Origin: Rebecca billardiae RCC1528 | Taxonomy: Eukaryota > Protista > Haptophyta | Assembly (NCBI GenBank): GCA_965240325.2 | Contig: OZ251237.1 | Span: 806,001-870,000 of the forward strand | Length of the DNA stretch: 64,000 nucleotides | Direction: 5' to 3' | In this document: in pieces, positions 10,859 through 22,051 of the stretch | Numbering within the stretch: the stretch's first letter is position 1 | Layout: every line of letters begins with the position of its first letter | Position numbers and translations under genes: made by a program | Notes under the pieces: model-generated | Seen by the model: only the letters and a program-made list of their open reading frames with translations | Told to the model about the DNA's origin: nothing | The model's database searches: none

Positions 10859-11581
10859 CTAGTGTCCGGCGCATTGCGCGCTGACGGATGGCGCGCGCTA
10901 CATACTTACGTTACCTACTAGTACATAGCCGAGCAGCGCAGTAGTACGTAGTACTATGCAGCTACTAGCTAGTAATGGCGGCGCTACTGCTGCTATATAT
11001 ATGGTTACGACGACTGCTAAATCTAGTCACAGCAACGATTTCTTTTTTAAAGCGGCCGTTAAGGAAACTCCAACAAATGAATTTTCGGCCGTTAACGGCT
11101 GAATCTGGTGGTCCGGGCCAAATCCCGAGAGCGTTCGTCGCTCGGCGTCGCACGGACGCCGTCGCAGGGCTTGGCGAGCGGACGTTCGACTCGCGGTGCG
11201 AGCGCGCGCCGTGCGTGCGCGTGTGGCGGCGTCCACGTCGCCGCTGCGCCACCGGTGCTCTAATCGCGGGTGTTCCCCAACCTATCCCCCGCCTGCCCCG
11301 CACCCGCTCCGCGTCCCGACGCGCCACACCGATCTACTTTGCTAGGTCTGTTCGTAACACGGTGCGAATTCGCGCCCGCCCGCACGCCGCTGCGCGCGGG
11401 GATGCAGGAAGTGTATGGAGGGGCGCGGAGTTGTTATTCAGGCGGCGGGTTACTCGTGATGCACGCACATGCGCAGCGGGAACGCTTACTTTTGCATGGG
11501 TGACCGGGAATTTGCATCAGACTAACTTGCTGCGGCTGCGCCCGGCACGGCCGCGCGGGACCGCGCTCGCCGCGCGCAGCA

Positions 11582-14418
11582 ATGGCGACGGCTGTGCTCA
11601 CCGTGGGCAAGGGCAAGCGTTCCTGCGCGAAGCCTAGGAAGCCCAAGCTGCATCGCAAAGGTGCCTAACGCATCGGGCGCCACGTCTCTGCCGCATCTGC
11701 ATGGCTGCGCATGGCCGCGGCGCTCAGCCGCACGAGATGCTCAAGCTGCGCGCGCGCGAGGCCGCGAGCGAGGTGGACCACTCGATCATGCCGAACGAGA
11801 ACTACCTGGCGGAGGTCAAGCGCAGCGTCAACAGCCTCGTCGCCATCAAGGCCCAGCGGAAGAAGAACAACCTGCTGCGTGTAGCCAAGCTGCGGCTCTT
11901 CTCGTGAGACGCGCTCGTCTTGCATGCCTTCACCTCGCTCGACGACGAGGGCGTCGTGCACTAGGCGCGCGAGAAGGACCGCACACTGAGCATCGTGGGC
12001 TCGCGCCAGCCCGAGAGTTCTCGACGTGGCTCAACCTGGGCATGCGCCACCCGATCCCGCCGCCGGTGGCTGGCTCACGTGAGAGCGCGCTGCGCAATCG
12101 CGAGCACGCGGGCGCGGGCGTGATGATGATCGGCAGCGAGTCGGCGGCGCGGCCGTGGGCGCAGGCCGTGGGCGCCGTGCTGGATCGCTTGGAGCACTAC
12201 GGCAAGTCCGCGCGCCCGCGCGGGCAGCCGCATGTCCTCCTCCTCTCGGCGGACACGGGCCAAACGCAGCGCACTCGCGCGCGGCCACGATCGCCATCGT
12301 GCGCAACTATGAGGGTGTTGCGCTCGCGTCGTCGGAGGCGATCGCCATCTCGGAGCGGCCGGACTCGGACATGCCCGAGCTATGGAGTGCGGACGCCGAC
12401 GGGATCAATGACGTGATCCGGAGCGGCCGGCTCCCACCGCGACCGGCGCCGCCAGCTGCCGCCGCTGCACGTGGCCAGCGCGGCAGGGCGGCGCGGCTGG
12501 CGGCGCTGCAGGCGGCGCGGCCGGCGACGCGGCCGGCGGCGCGGCCGGCGGCAGCGGCGGCAGCGGCAGCGGTAGCGGCGTAGCTGGCGGTGCCGCCGGC
12601 GCTGGAGTCCGCGCGGCCGGTTGCGCGGTCGGCGGCGCGGCCGGCGGCGCGGCGGGCGGCGCGGCTGGCAACGCGGGCGCGTCCGCGGGCACGGGCGGCG
12701 GCGCGGCCGGCGCGAGCGGCAGCGGCAGCGGCGTGGCTGGCGGCACAGTCGGCGCTGGCGTCCGTGCGGCCGGTGGCGCGGCCGGCGGCGCGGCCAGCGG
12801 CGCGGCTGACAGCGCGGGCGGTGGCGCGGCCGGCGGCGGCACTGCCGGCGGCGGCGCGGCCGGCGGCGCGGCCGCGCGCGGCCGGCGCGGCCGGCAGCAG
12901 CGGCGGCAGCTGCAGCGACAGCGGCGTGACTGGCGACACAGCCGGCGTTGGCGTCCGCGCGGCCGGTGGCGCGGCCTGCGGCGCGGCCGGCGGCGCGGCT
13001 GACAGCGCGGGCGATGGCGGGCCCGGTGGCGGCGCGCCCGACGGCGGCACGCCCGACAACTGCGCGCCAGGCGGCGGTGCGCCCGGCGACGCGGCCGGAC
13101 GCGGCCGGCGGCGCGGCTGGCAACGCGGGCGCGGGTGCTGGCGGCGGCGCGGGCGGCGCGGGCGGCAGCTGCAGTGGCGTGGCTGGCGGCACAGCTGGCG
13201 TTGGCGTCCGCGCGGCTGGAGGCGCGGCCGGAGGTGCGGCCGGCGGCGCGGACAGCGGCGCGGCTGACAGCGCTCGCGATCGCGCGGCCGGCGGCGGCGC
13301 GGCCGGCGGCGGCGCGGCCGGCGGCGGCGCGGCCGGCGGTGGCGCGGCCGGCGGCGGCGCGGCCGGTGCGGGCGGCAGCAGCAGCACTGGTGGCAGCAGC
13401 AGCGGCAGCTGCGTGGCTGGCGGCACCGCTGGCGCTGGCGTCCGCGCGGCCGGTGGCGCGGCCGGCGGCGCGGCCGGGGGCGCGGCCGGGGGCGCGGCTG
13501 GCAACGTGGGCGCGGGCGCGGGCGCGGGCGGCGGCGTGGGCGGCGCGGCCGGCAGTGGCAGCGGCGTGGCTAGCGGCACAGCCGGTGCTGGCGTCCGCGT
13601 GGCCGGTGGCGCGGCATGTGGCGCGGCCAGCCGCGCGGCTGACAGTGCGGGTGGTGGTGCGGCTGGTGGCGGCGCGGCCGGCGGCGGCGCGGCCGGCGGC
13701 GGCGCGCAGCAGCGCGGCCTCGGTGGCAGCACTGCCTCGGCAGGCGGCAGCGCGGCCGGCGGCGGTTTTGGCGGCGGCGCCGAGGCGGCCGACTACGCGG
13801 AGGAGCAGAAGGCCATCGTGGCGTGCACCGGCGCTTACGTCAGCCTCGCCAGCCTCGCCGGCCAGGGCTCGCACAACGTCCCACCGCTCCGCTTCAACGT
13901 CTGGGCGGTCACGGAGGCGGGCGCAGACGGCGTCTCGCCTCAGGCGGCGGGGGCGCCTCGTGCAGCTCGCGGACGAGCAGGTGCAGGGGCATTTCGTGCA
14001 GGTGACCAAGCGTGCGATGCCGCTCGTGCACGCGCGCAAGTCACTCGACTCATTCGTCCGCGAGTACGCCGAGGGGAAGAAGTCGACGGCGGAGCCGCAC
14101 ATCTCGACGGTCGCGCAGCTCGTGCGCCGCGTGTCGCTTGCGACGTGGGCAGAGGAGTTCGGCGACAAGGTGCGGCGGCTCTGGCTGAAGAAGTACGCCA
14201 AGCGGCAGCGCGAATGGCAGCGCAGGGCGGAGACCGACGCGATCGACCTGATCGCGGAGTGCATGACGGCGCGCAAGCTCCTGCGCGAGGAGGCTGGGCT
14301 TCCGGAGAAGGAGTTTTCGGCACTCAGGAGCAAATTGATGGCGGCGCGCTCGCCGGACCGCTCGGTGACGGTGATTTACGGCGCGGATGTCGCGCGCGAC
14401 GGTAGCGGGGCTGGGTAG
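11582..14418 (+). pseudogene. Disrupted cargo ORF inside the CACAG element, with Gly/Ala-rich repeat centre
   Basis: Protein-like segments (MLKLRAREAASEVDHSIMPNENY..; WAEEFGDKVRRLWLKKYAKRQREW..) are broken by in-frame TGA/TAG and by frameshifts. No transposase motif recognised. Confidence 0.55.
12450..13790. repeat. Composite GC-rich tandem repeat (GGCGCGGCCGGC runs plus a recurring GGCGTGGCTGGCGGCACAG-CGGCGCTGGCGTCCGCGCGGCC unit)
   Basis: About 6 recurrences of the longer unit with variable numbers of 12-15-bp subunits. Encodes GAAG-rich peptide. Confidence 0.85.
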
Positions 14419-14590
14419 CGGCAATCAGGCAGCTGACGGTGCGGGCATGCAGGGGGGACCAGCCGCGCGCGCGCGCCGCCCCCTAGGGGCGCGCGCGCAG
14501 CGCATAGTAATTTTTCGAAAATTAATCTGGCCGCTGGACACGCTAACGGCCGCTTTAAAAAAGAAGTCGTTGCTGTGGTTATTATTATAT

Positions 14591-16263
14591 GACCGCGTTC
14601 CGCGGTCCGCCTTTTTCCGTAGAACGAACGTAGTTCAGGGCCCGCGGTGGCGGTGCACCCTCCGTCGCAGTCGTCTATTGACAGACCAGTTGCATATGCC
14701 CGTACAACTAGACTCCATCAGCGGCGCGCCGCCGCCCGCCGCGCCGGGCGGGCCCATTGCAGCCGCCGGCGCGGCGCCGATTGTGTACAGGCGGATGCGA
14801 CGAGGCGTGATCGACGCATGAGCGCGACTCCACGTGCACACCAGGCCACGCGGAGCTGACAGCCAGGGAGCACGGTGCGGGGCCGCGGATTCGTTCGGGC
14901 CGCTGCTGCTGACCGCTGTCCCCGGGGTCACCCCCCGCGCCGGCAGCGCCCGGGAGTAGGGCTGGAGGAGTAGGGTCCGAGTAGGGTTCGACCAGCGCCT
15001 GCGCGACGGCCGACAGGCGGGCGCGAGGCGTGATCGACGCATGAGCGCAACTCTACGTGCACGCCAGGCCACGCGGAGCTGACAGCCCGAGGGAGCACGG
15101 TGCCGAGGTGCGAGGGCACCGGTGATCCGGTTCGCGCACTCGCCGCGCGTGCACGGGCAGCTGACACACCTCGATCAGGCTCGGCACGCGTTGCAGAGGC
15201 ACGGCCAGCTCTGGGGACGTCACGCACCACCGTCGCCCGCGCAGCTCGTCCTCCTCGTAGAGTACCGTTCAGTTCCGAGGCGTAGCCCTCGCTCAGAGTC
15301 GACCGACGATGGACTCGGATCGTCGGCGCGCCTGCTCTCTCTCAATCAAGAAGAGTTCTGGGAGACCCCGGAAAGGCATGGCAAGGGCGGCGCGTGGTGA
15401 AGTCGAAGGCTCAGAGATCGATCAGTCCGGCATCAGGCGCCGCTGCCCCCGAGCTTGCGAGAGCCCGAACACAGGGCGGCGGCTGCGGCGCCGGCTCGCG
15501 GACGCGCCGGGGCCGCGCAAGGCCGCGCCGAGGCATCGACAGGGCGGCAGGGGCGGCGGGGGCGCGCGGAGTGAGCGGGGGCACGACGAACGCGATGTCG
15601 ACGGCAGTCGGGACCCGCCGCAGCCGCGCGCTCCAGGCGCCATTCGCCGCGCGCACCTGCCCATCGCCGTCCTCACCCGTCGGTCGTCGCTCGTGAGCCT
15701 CGTGCCCGTGGCTCGCCTCCAAACGCGGGCCGCCTCTGGTGGGCCGCCGCCCGGGGCCACGCGCGCGCCCAACCAAGTCCGTTCGCGTCAGATAGTATTG
15801 AGATTCGCCGAGGTTGGCCCATCGGCTACTGACCCTTGCCTCGTCGGCTCCTGATACAGACACGGCGCGATTGAATAGTTGATTCAACTGATTCAAGGGA
15901 CGTACATGGTCACATCGGTTCGCGGCAATCTCTATCTAGATACGTCATCGCTCCTTGGACCTTGCTGCAATCTCATTGGCCGGAAAAATCGCTTGTAACG
16001 GTTCGTTACGTTAGGGATCCTAAAGGGCGTGAAGTTTTTTGGACGGGCGTCACTCCACGCTTTACTATGAACTTGCCGTGGGCGCGACCTTTTTCGGCCG
16101 TGATGCATCGGTAGAGAGGGTCTCAAAATTCGAAACTCGGTCTCCTCCAGCCATGAAAATCGTCCCCCGACCCTTTTTTCTTGATCAAAGATCTTTTTGA
16201 AACGTTGTTCGGGCCCGCTGGTGCGGGCTCCACGCTGCGCGCTCCGCCCTGCACCGCGGGCCA
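14591..16263 (-). mobile_element. Non-autonomous Helitron2/Helentron-like element, copy A
   Basis: Left terminal hairpin GACCGCG-TTC-CGCGGTC. Subterminal GGCCCGCGGTG (~14639) is inverted to terminal CACCGCGGGCC (16252-16262). Both ends are shared with copy B at 48304-51506. Flanks are TA-rich. Confidence 0.7.
14802..15103. repeat. Imperfect ~78-bp direct duplication inside element A (~14802-14878 and ~15025-15103)
   Basis: GAGGCGTGATCGACGCATGAGCGC...GGCCACGCGGAGCTGACAGCC...GGGAGCACGGTGC occurs twice. Confidence 0.85.
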
Positions 16264-16453
16264 TTATATACGATATGCTGACACGTAATTAGTGGCGGAG
16301 TGACGAGCCAGCCGCTGCGCGCATTAACATTATTATATTACATACGACAGCATATATATATATATATATATTGAGCCCTCATATATATATTACTAATATA
16401 CTATATGATTTATGACGACGCGATACGCGTCGTACTAATAACTACGAATTTCA

Positions 16454-19109
16454 TTATCGTCGACCCTGGTGATTGCTCCCGGCGTGCTCTTTTGCGGTTT
16501 TTGCCTGCTGCTGTCGCTGGTAGCGGATGAGCCGATGGTCCTCGCGCTTGGCGAGCGAGGAGGCCGTCCACCGCGGTGAGCGGCACGTGTTGTTCACGAT
16601 GGTGAACACCATCTCTTGGACCTTGGCTGAGAGCCAGGTCTTTGAAAGATGCGTTCCAACGTGCTTTCGAATCGCCTCGATCTGCGCTCGCCACTGCTCC
16701 GAATGCAGGTAGATATGTGCTGCGAGGTGGGCGAAGCCCCTCGGGTCGTCTGCAACCTTGAACGCGCCGGGAGTCTTCTCCGAGTTGACACCCGTCACGC
16801 CGAGTGTCGTCGTGATGAAGGGGATGCCATTCTCGAGGGCGAGCATCGTCTTGGTTGAGATCCCACTCCCGCCGACGAGGTTCGGGATGAGCATCAGCCG
16901 AGCCTGGTGACGCAAGCAGGGCACGTGAGGGGGGATCAAGAGTCAGTCAGATCGCAGCACAATGTTGCTGTACATCATAGGGGCCTCTGTCTGCAGCGTT
17001 GGGGGGGGGGGGGGGCGAGCTGGCGCGGACCTTCTTCAAGAATGGTGTCAAGTCGGAGACAATGCCATGGGCCGTCACGCCGGGGCGATTCTTGGCTAGG
17101 TCTTTCCAGATGTCTGCGCCGACAAGGTGCAGCTCGGCATTGCGCACCAGTGATCTCAGGATTGGGAACATCTCATCAAGTAGCCAGTGAACCGCACGCT
17201 GATTCCCGTAGTGGTGTGAGCCGACGTACAGGAAGGTGCTTCGGCGGTGGAAGCTGTCGACGAGGCCCTTCATGGTCGGCGCTTGCTTCGCGACCACCGG
17301 GATATGACGAACGCACTGCTCGCACGAAGCGTCGTTCTGCAGGTACGGCCGCATCGTCTTGGCGTCCTCCTCTGTGACGGACACGATCATGTCGGCGCGG
17401 GAGTAGTCTCGAAGCTCTCTGTCCTTGACTGGGCCAGTGTACAGATCGCACGTGGACTCCACAAGCTGCTGCTGCTGCGCCCGCACCCAGTGAATGTCGT
17501 CGCTGAGGACGACCATTCGCTGGCTGTGTGCCTGTGGCGTGGAACGGTGCGTGGAGCAGTGTGATGTGTGAGCTAGTGACAGCAACATTTGGCGTGGTGC
17601 GCGCGCGCGCGCGAGGCCGTGCGCGCGCGCGCACCACGCCAAGCTTTGCCGTTGCCAGATCAGGTATGCTGCTCGCGCCACATCGCCAGTACCTGTCACC
17701 GCAGCGAAGCAGGTGATCGCTCCCGTGAGTCATGTTGCGCGGGTCGTTTGCATGCGGTGAGCATGGCTCACGAGCAGGCATGCACGTGAGCACGCAGCAG
17801 CGCACCATGCTGCCATGATCACCATGTCGAAGTTGCCAATGCTGTACAGCGATTTGAGCTCATGGTCCCCCACGATCACGCGGATGCCACTCGCCCTGCT
17901 GCGCTCGACCCACTTGGGAATACGCGCGTTGCGCACATCGCAGGGCGCGCGACCGCGTGTCAGCCACAGCCAAACAAACACAGCAGGCAGGGCTGCGCGC
18001 GACGCTGAACGTTGTGTAGGAGGCCTCCGCACCTTTGCCATATCCCACGACCATGCGGTGTCTCGGCTCACGTATGTGATGCTGTGACCAGCGTCGAGCA
18101 GTGCTTGCAACACCTGCCCCATGCGCACGTGGCTGCCCTCGACGCCGGACAGCGGCACCTCGTTCAGGATGAGTGTGCGTAGTGCGACGAACTGGCTGTA
18201 CTGCACGAGGAGCTCGTCGTGCGAACTGCTCTGATCTTGCTTACTCGTGGAGACGGTCTTTATGCCCAGGTCGTGGTCGTGGTCCTCTGTGGGCGGGGTG
18301 AAGTACGTCTGCAGCGGGATGGTGAGGTGGCACAAGATGTGCCCGCGCACCGCTGCGCGAGCGAAGAACTCCCAGTCATTGTGTGCTGGCAAGCTCGTGT
18401 TGAACGCGCCGAGCTTGCGAATCAGCGCGGTGCGCCACATCGGCGCTTCGTGCATCATGGTGTGCAGACCGGTGATCGTCGTGCGGTCGTATGTCATCCG
18501 CATTCGCGTGCCGTCGGGCCAGAGAAACAGATCGCGCGGGTACAGCGTGCCGGTGGGCACCTTGTCGTGCAGGATCAGCTGCGGGTCTTGGCGCGCGGAG
18601 CCAAAAGACATTCCCGCCACGGCCGTCGCATACACAGCAGTGGAGAGTGTGTCGCACGTCTGCCGCGACTGCATGTAGCGCTGCTTGAGACCGATCGTCG
18701 GGTGCGCGAGCCGATCCTCCGGCCGGGTGATCGTGGTGAACTCGCCCGCCGCCGCATGTGCGCCCGCGTTGAGCATCTCGTACAGAGGCGTGCCATGCCC
18801 AAACGACATGTGTTTGTACTGATCGGGCTTGCTCGCGATGAGCGAGCGCACTGATGTGACCTCCTGGTCGAGGCGATTGTACGATAGCAGCACGATCTCG
18901 AGCTCGTCGATGTTGCGCTGCCGTCCCAGCTCAGTCACAGCCGTCGTCACCATCTCATTGATGTCGTAGTCCTGGGCACCGCCGCGCGCCGCGGGCATCA
19001 GCGGCAAGAGCACAGTCGTCTGAATGACGGCCGCAGCGACTGCGCGAAGCACGAGGCATGCCAGCAGCCTGCGGACCAAGAACGTTGCTGGTGCCGCGTG
19101 CCGCCCCAT
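16454..19109 (-). CDS. Multi-exon glycosyltransferase: N-terminal GT2-like plus C-terminal GT4-like (Glyco_trans_1_4) domain, signal anchor
   Basis: GT2-like motifs LYEMLNAG..AAGEF and GAFNTSL..DWEFFAR. GT4-like motifs FLYVGSHHYGNQRAVHWLLDEMFP and GSGISTKTMLALENGIPFITT. These are spread over ORFs 17730-19190, 16947-17699 and 16454-16939, separated by introns. Confidence 0.8.
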
Positions 19110-19568
19110 CGCGCACCCCGCGCCTGCGCCTCGGTACGACGTCGGGCGCGACGGTGCTGTCCAGGCTGTGCCGCCACGCCCGCAGAACAACTACCTCCGA
19201 TGGCTATTTCGCGATGAGCTATTGAGCTCAGCCGAAATTGCGCCGAGGAACACGATGGGGCTCTCGGCTGAGTGTGTGCATCCTAAGTTACCCGGATCTC
19301 CACTGTCCGGTTGGGAGTTTGTATGGGTAGCAACCAGCAACTAAGCAAGTGGCAACTGTGAGGTAGAACGATGGCTGCGCTCAGTCAATCGGCTATAAAA
19401 TGACGTTTACCCGGCTATGGAGGACGGAGAGTACTCACCAATAACTAGCTCCCCGGCCGGAGTGACAAGGCCCAGCGCTCCCGCTATCCGCCAGCAGCTC
19501 CGACAGTGGTGGCCTCCCCTTGGAGCTCGTCAAGGCCGCCCGCCGCCCCCCGCGCACCCGCCCGTCCG

Positions 19569-20039
19569 ATGTCGGCCAACGGCACGTCGATGGCCAACCT
19601 GCGGCTCCTGTCCGACCTGCAGGCCGTGAAGCGTACCCCTCCGGAGGGCGTCAGCGCCAGCCCGGTGAGCGAGGAGAACCTGTACGTCTGGAACGCCACC
19701 ATCTTTGGCCCAGACGACTCACCGTGGGAGGGCGGCGTGTACACCATGAGGATAACCTTTGGGGACCAGTACCCGGACAAGCCGCCGCGCGTGCGCTTCT
19801 GTTGCGAGATGTTCCACCCCAACATCTACCCCGACGGCACGCTGTGCATGGACCTCATCCAGGACAACTGGTCGCCCATCTACTCAGTCTCCTCCATCCT
19901 CACCGCCATCCGCTCGCTGCTGACCGATCCGAACTGTTCGAGCCCAGCACACCCGGAGGCCGCGCACTTGTTTCAGACCGATCTGAAGCAGTACAACCGA
20001 CGCGTCCGGCGAATCGCGGAAAAGTCCACGGAGGGCTGA
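19569..20039 (+). CDS. UBC2: Ubiquitin-conjugating enzyme E2, RAD6/UBC2 type
   Basis: WNATIFGPDDSPWEGG, YPDKPPRVRF, MFHPNIYPDGTLCMD (catalytic Cys) and WSPIYSVSSIL. Confidence 0.92.
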   Translation: MSANGTSMANLRLLSDLQAVKRTPPEGVSASPVSEENLYVWNATIFGPDDSPWEGGVYTMRITFGDQYPDKPPRVRFCCEMFHPNIYPDGTLCMDLIQDNWSPIYSVSSILTAIRSLLTDPNCSSPAHPEAAHLFQTDLKQYNRRVRRIAEKSTEG

Positions 20040-22051
20040 TGCGTGGCGCGGGGCACGCGTGCGCTGCACCGGCCCCCCAGCGCTGTCGCGCGCAGGACAT
20101 GCAGACACGCAAGACAGCCGGAGCACATCATGCCGTCGGACCAGCATTTGGACGCGCCGGCTGCGAGCTCTCTTCTTTGGCGGGCTGAGCTGTCGGCGCC
20201 GGAGACGCACCCAGCCGGCTGTGCAGCGGAGCAGCACGGCGGTGCACGGCAGAATCGACCGTGCTCGGAAGGGAGCGAGCTCGTCGCGTCGTGCGGGTGC
20301 TGGCGACGCGAACCGTGCGTGCGCGTGAGCCGCGAACCGCGTCGACCGGCAGCAGAGCTCCGCTCTTTCCCTGATCCGGCCTCTCGTGATGAGATGTCCA
20401 GGTCCGCGGGTCCGAGGCGCAGTCGTGGCAGCGCCAGCGGGCCGGTGACGCGGCAGGCGCACTCGGCGAGTAACGGGCCCGCGGGTGTGACTCAGTGTCG
20501 CGCCGGACAGTGTCAGCCGCGTCGTATTATTCATCGGCGACCTCCACAGTGGACGAGAGGCCAGCACCAACATCAGCCTCCAATCATCGCATCATGAATA
20601 CGCACGTGTAACTATGCCGCACCGCCTGGAAAGCCGTTAGTATTCTGTCATCAGTGCCGCCTCTGAGAGGTCGGGCACGGCCAGCCACGGGTACCGAGCG
20701 GGGGCCTGAGGGTAGGGCCATGTGACGAGCCCGCCAAGGCTGCCAGTCGGGCCGTGCCGTCTGCCGTGCGATGCCGCCTGTGAGGCTGAGCGAGTGCCGA
20801 TTGCGGATTGGCCGATTGGCGCGCTTGAGCCTAGTCCGAGGTTTGGCGGAGACGGGCGGCGGTCCGCGAGTCGGTCACAGCCTGGTCTGACGAATAACTC
20901 TCACTAGTCACTCTGCTGACGATGCGTCCCACGGTCCGAGACCGTCAGACCGAGTCCCGGACCGGCGCTGTGACGGGAGGAGTGCGCTGTCCCGCCGGCC
21001 CGAGTGTCCCGCACTGACGGTTCGAGACTACGAGCCCGGCCTGCTGACACTCTCCGGCACTACTCTACTAGTCGGCGGCTGAGTCACTCCGACTACTCCT
21101 ACTACTCCTACTCCTAAGGCTAAGGCTTGACATCAGACAGTGTCATTGTCAGTGACTCAGTGTCGGGCTCAGGAGTCAGGGACAGGAGCCTGACTCAGCC
21201 TCAGGGCGTCAGGCGGAAGGCGGACATTACCTCATCGGAGATCGACGGAGTGTAGCTTATGTATTTGTAAACGCCTCACCGTCAGGCCACCGGCCCACGG
21301 GCATGCGGGATTCCCGGCGGGCCCTTCGTCGGCAGCAGACGGCACGGTCGCCGTCGCGGCGAGTCAGTCGGTTCTGTGCAGGCCTACTCATACTCACTAG
21401 TCATACTGTGCCGCGCCCGGGGCCGGCGGTCGACGGGCGGAACGGACGCGGCGGTGAGTCTGACGGCGCCGACGCCGACGGGTGGTCCCACCGGGTAGCA
21501 CTCAGACTAGCTAGTAGCTAGCAGAGCGAGAGTAGCACGGACATGCACGGGACAGTCCCTTGAGTCCGCGCGTCACGGACCGGGACTCGGAGTCGGGACT
21601 GGCCCGGAATCATCCCGGATCGGACTCGTAACGCGGGCGCGGCCCCGGCAGATCGATGAATGAGAAGCCCGTGCGGCCTGTGGCTGTGCGCTGCCAATCT
21701 GCCATGAGTGCCGATGTGGTCTGACTCCGTGTGGACCCAGCCGCCACGCGTCGTCCGGACCCGCGCCCGCGCTGCTGAGTGCTGTCTGCAGAGTGTCTGC
21801 TCGACTGCTGTTCATTCACAGTCTGGAAGCCTGTCGTAACTCACAGGATCACGACAGATCATGCACTCACAGTAGTTACTGCGCCCACGCAGGCACGCGC
21901 CCCACTCGCACGGGCCCTCGGAGTGAGCCCTACTGCTCAGCGGCATGTGCAGCAGGCTGCGCGAATGGAAACCACCGCGACCGCCCTCCGTTCTGCTGTC
22001 GTACGCACCCGGCTCGAAGCAACCGGGGCGTACGGCACCTGCGGGTCAACC

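Larger units (their letters stand above)
11028..14577. mobile_element. Non-autonomous CMC/EnSpm-like DNA transposon (CACAG termini, 34-bp TIR, 2-bp TSD GT)
   Basis: CACAGCAACGATTTCTTTTTTAAAGCGGCCGTTA at 11028-11061 matches its reverse complement at 14544-14577 with 1 mismatch. GT flanks both sides. Confidence 0.85.
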
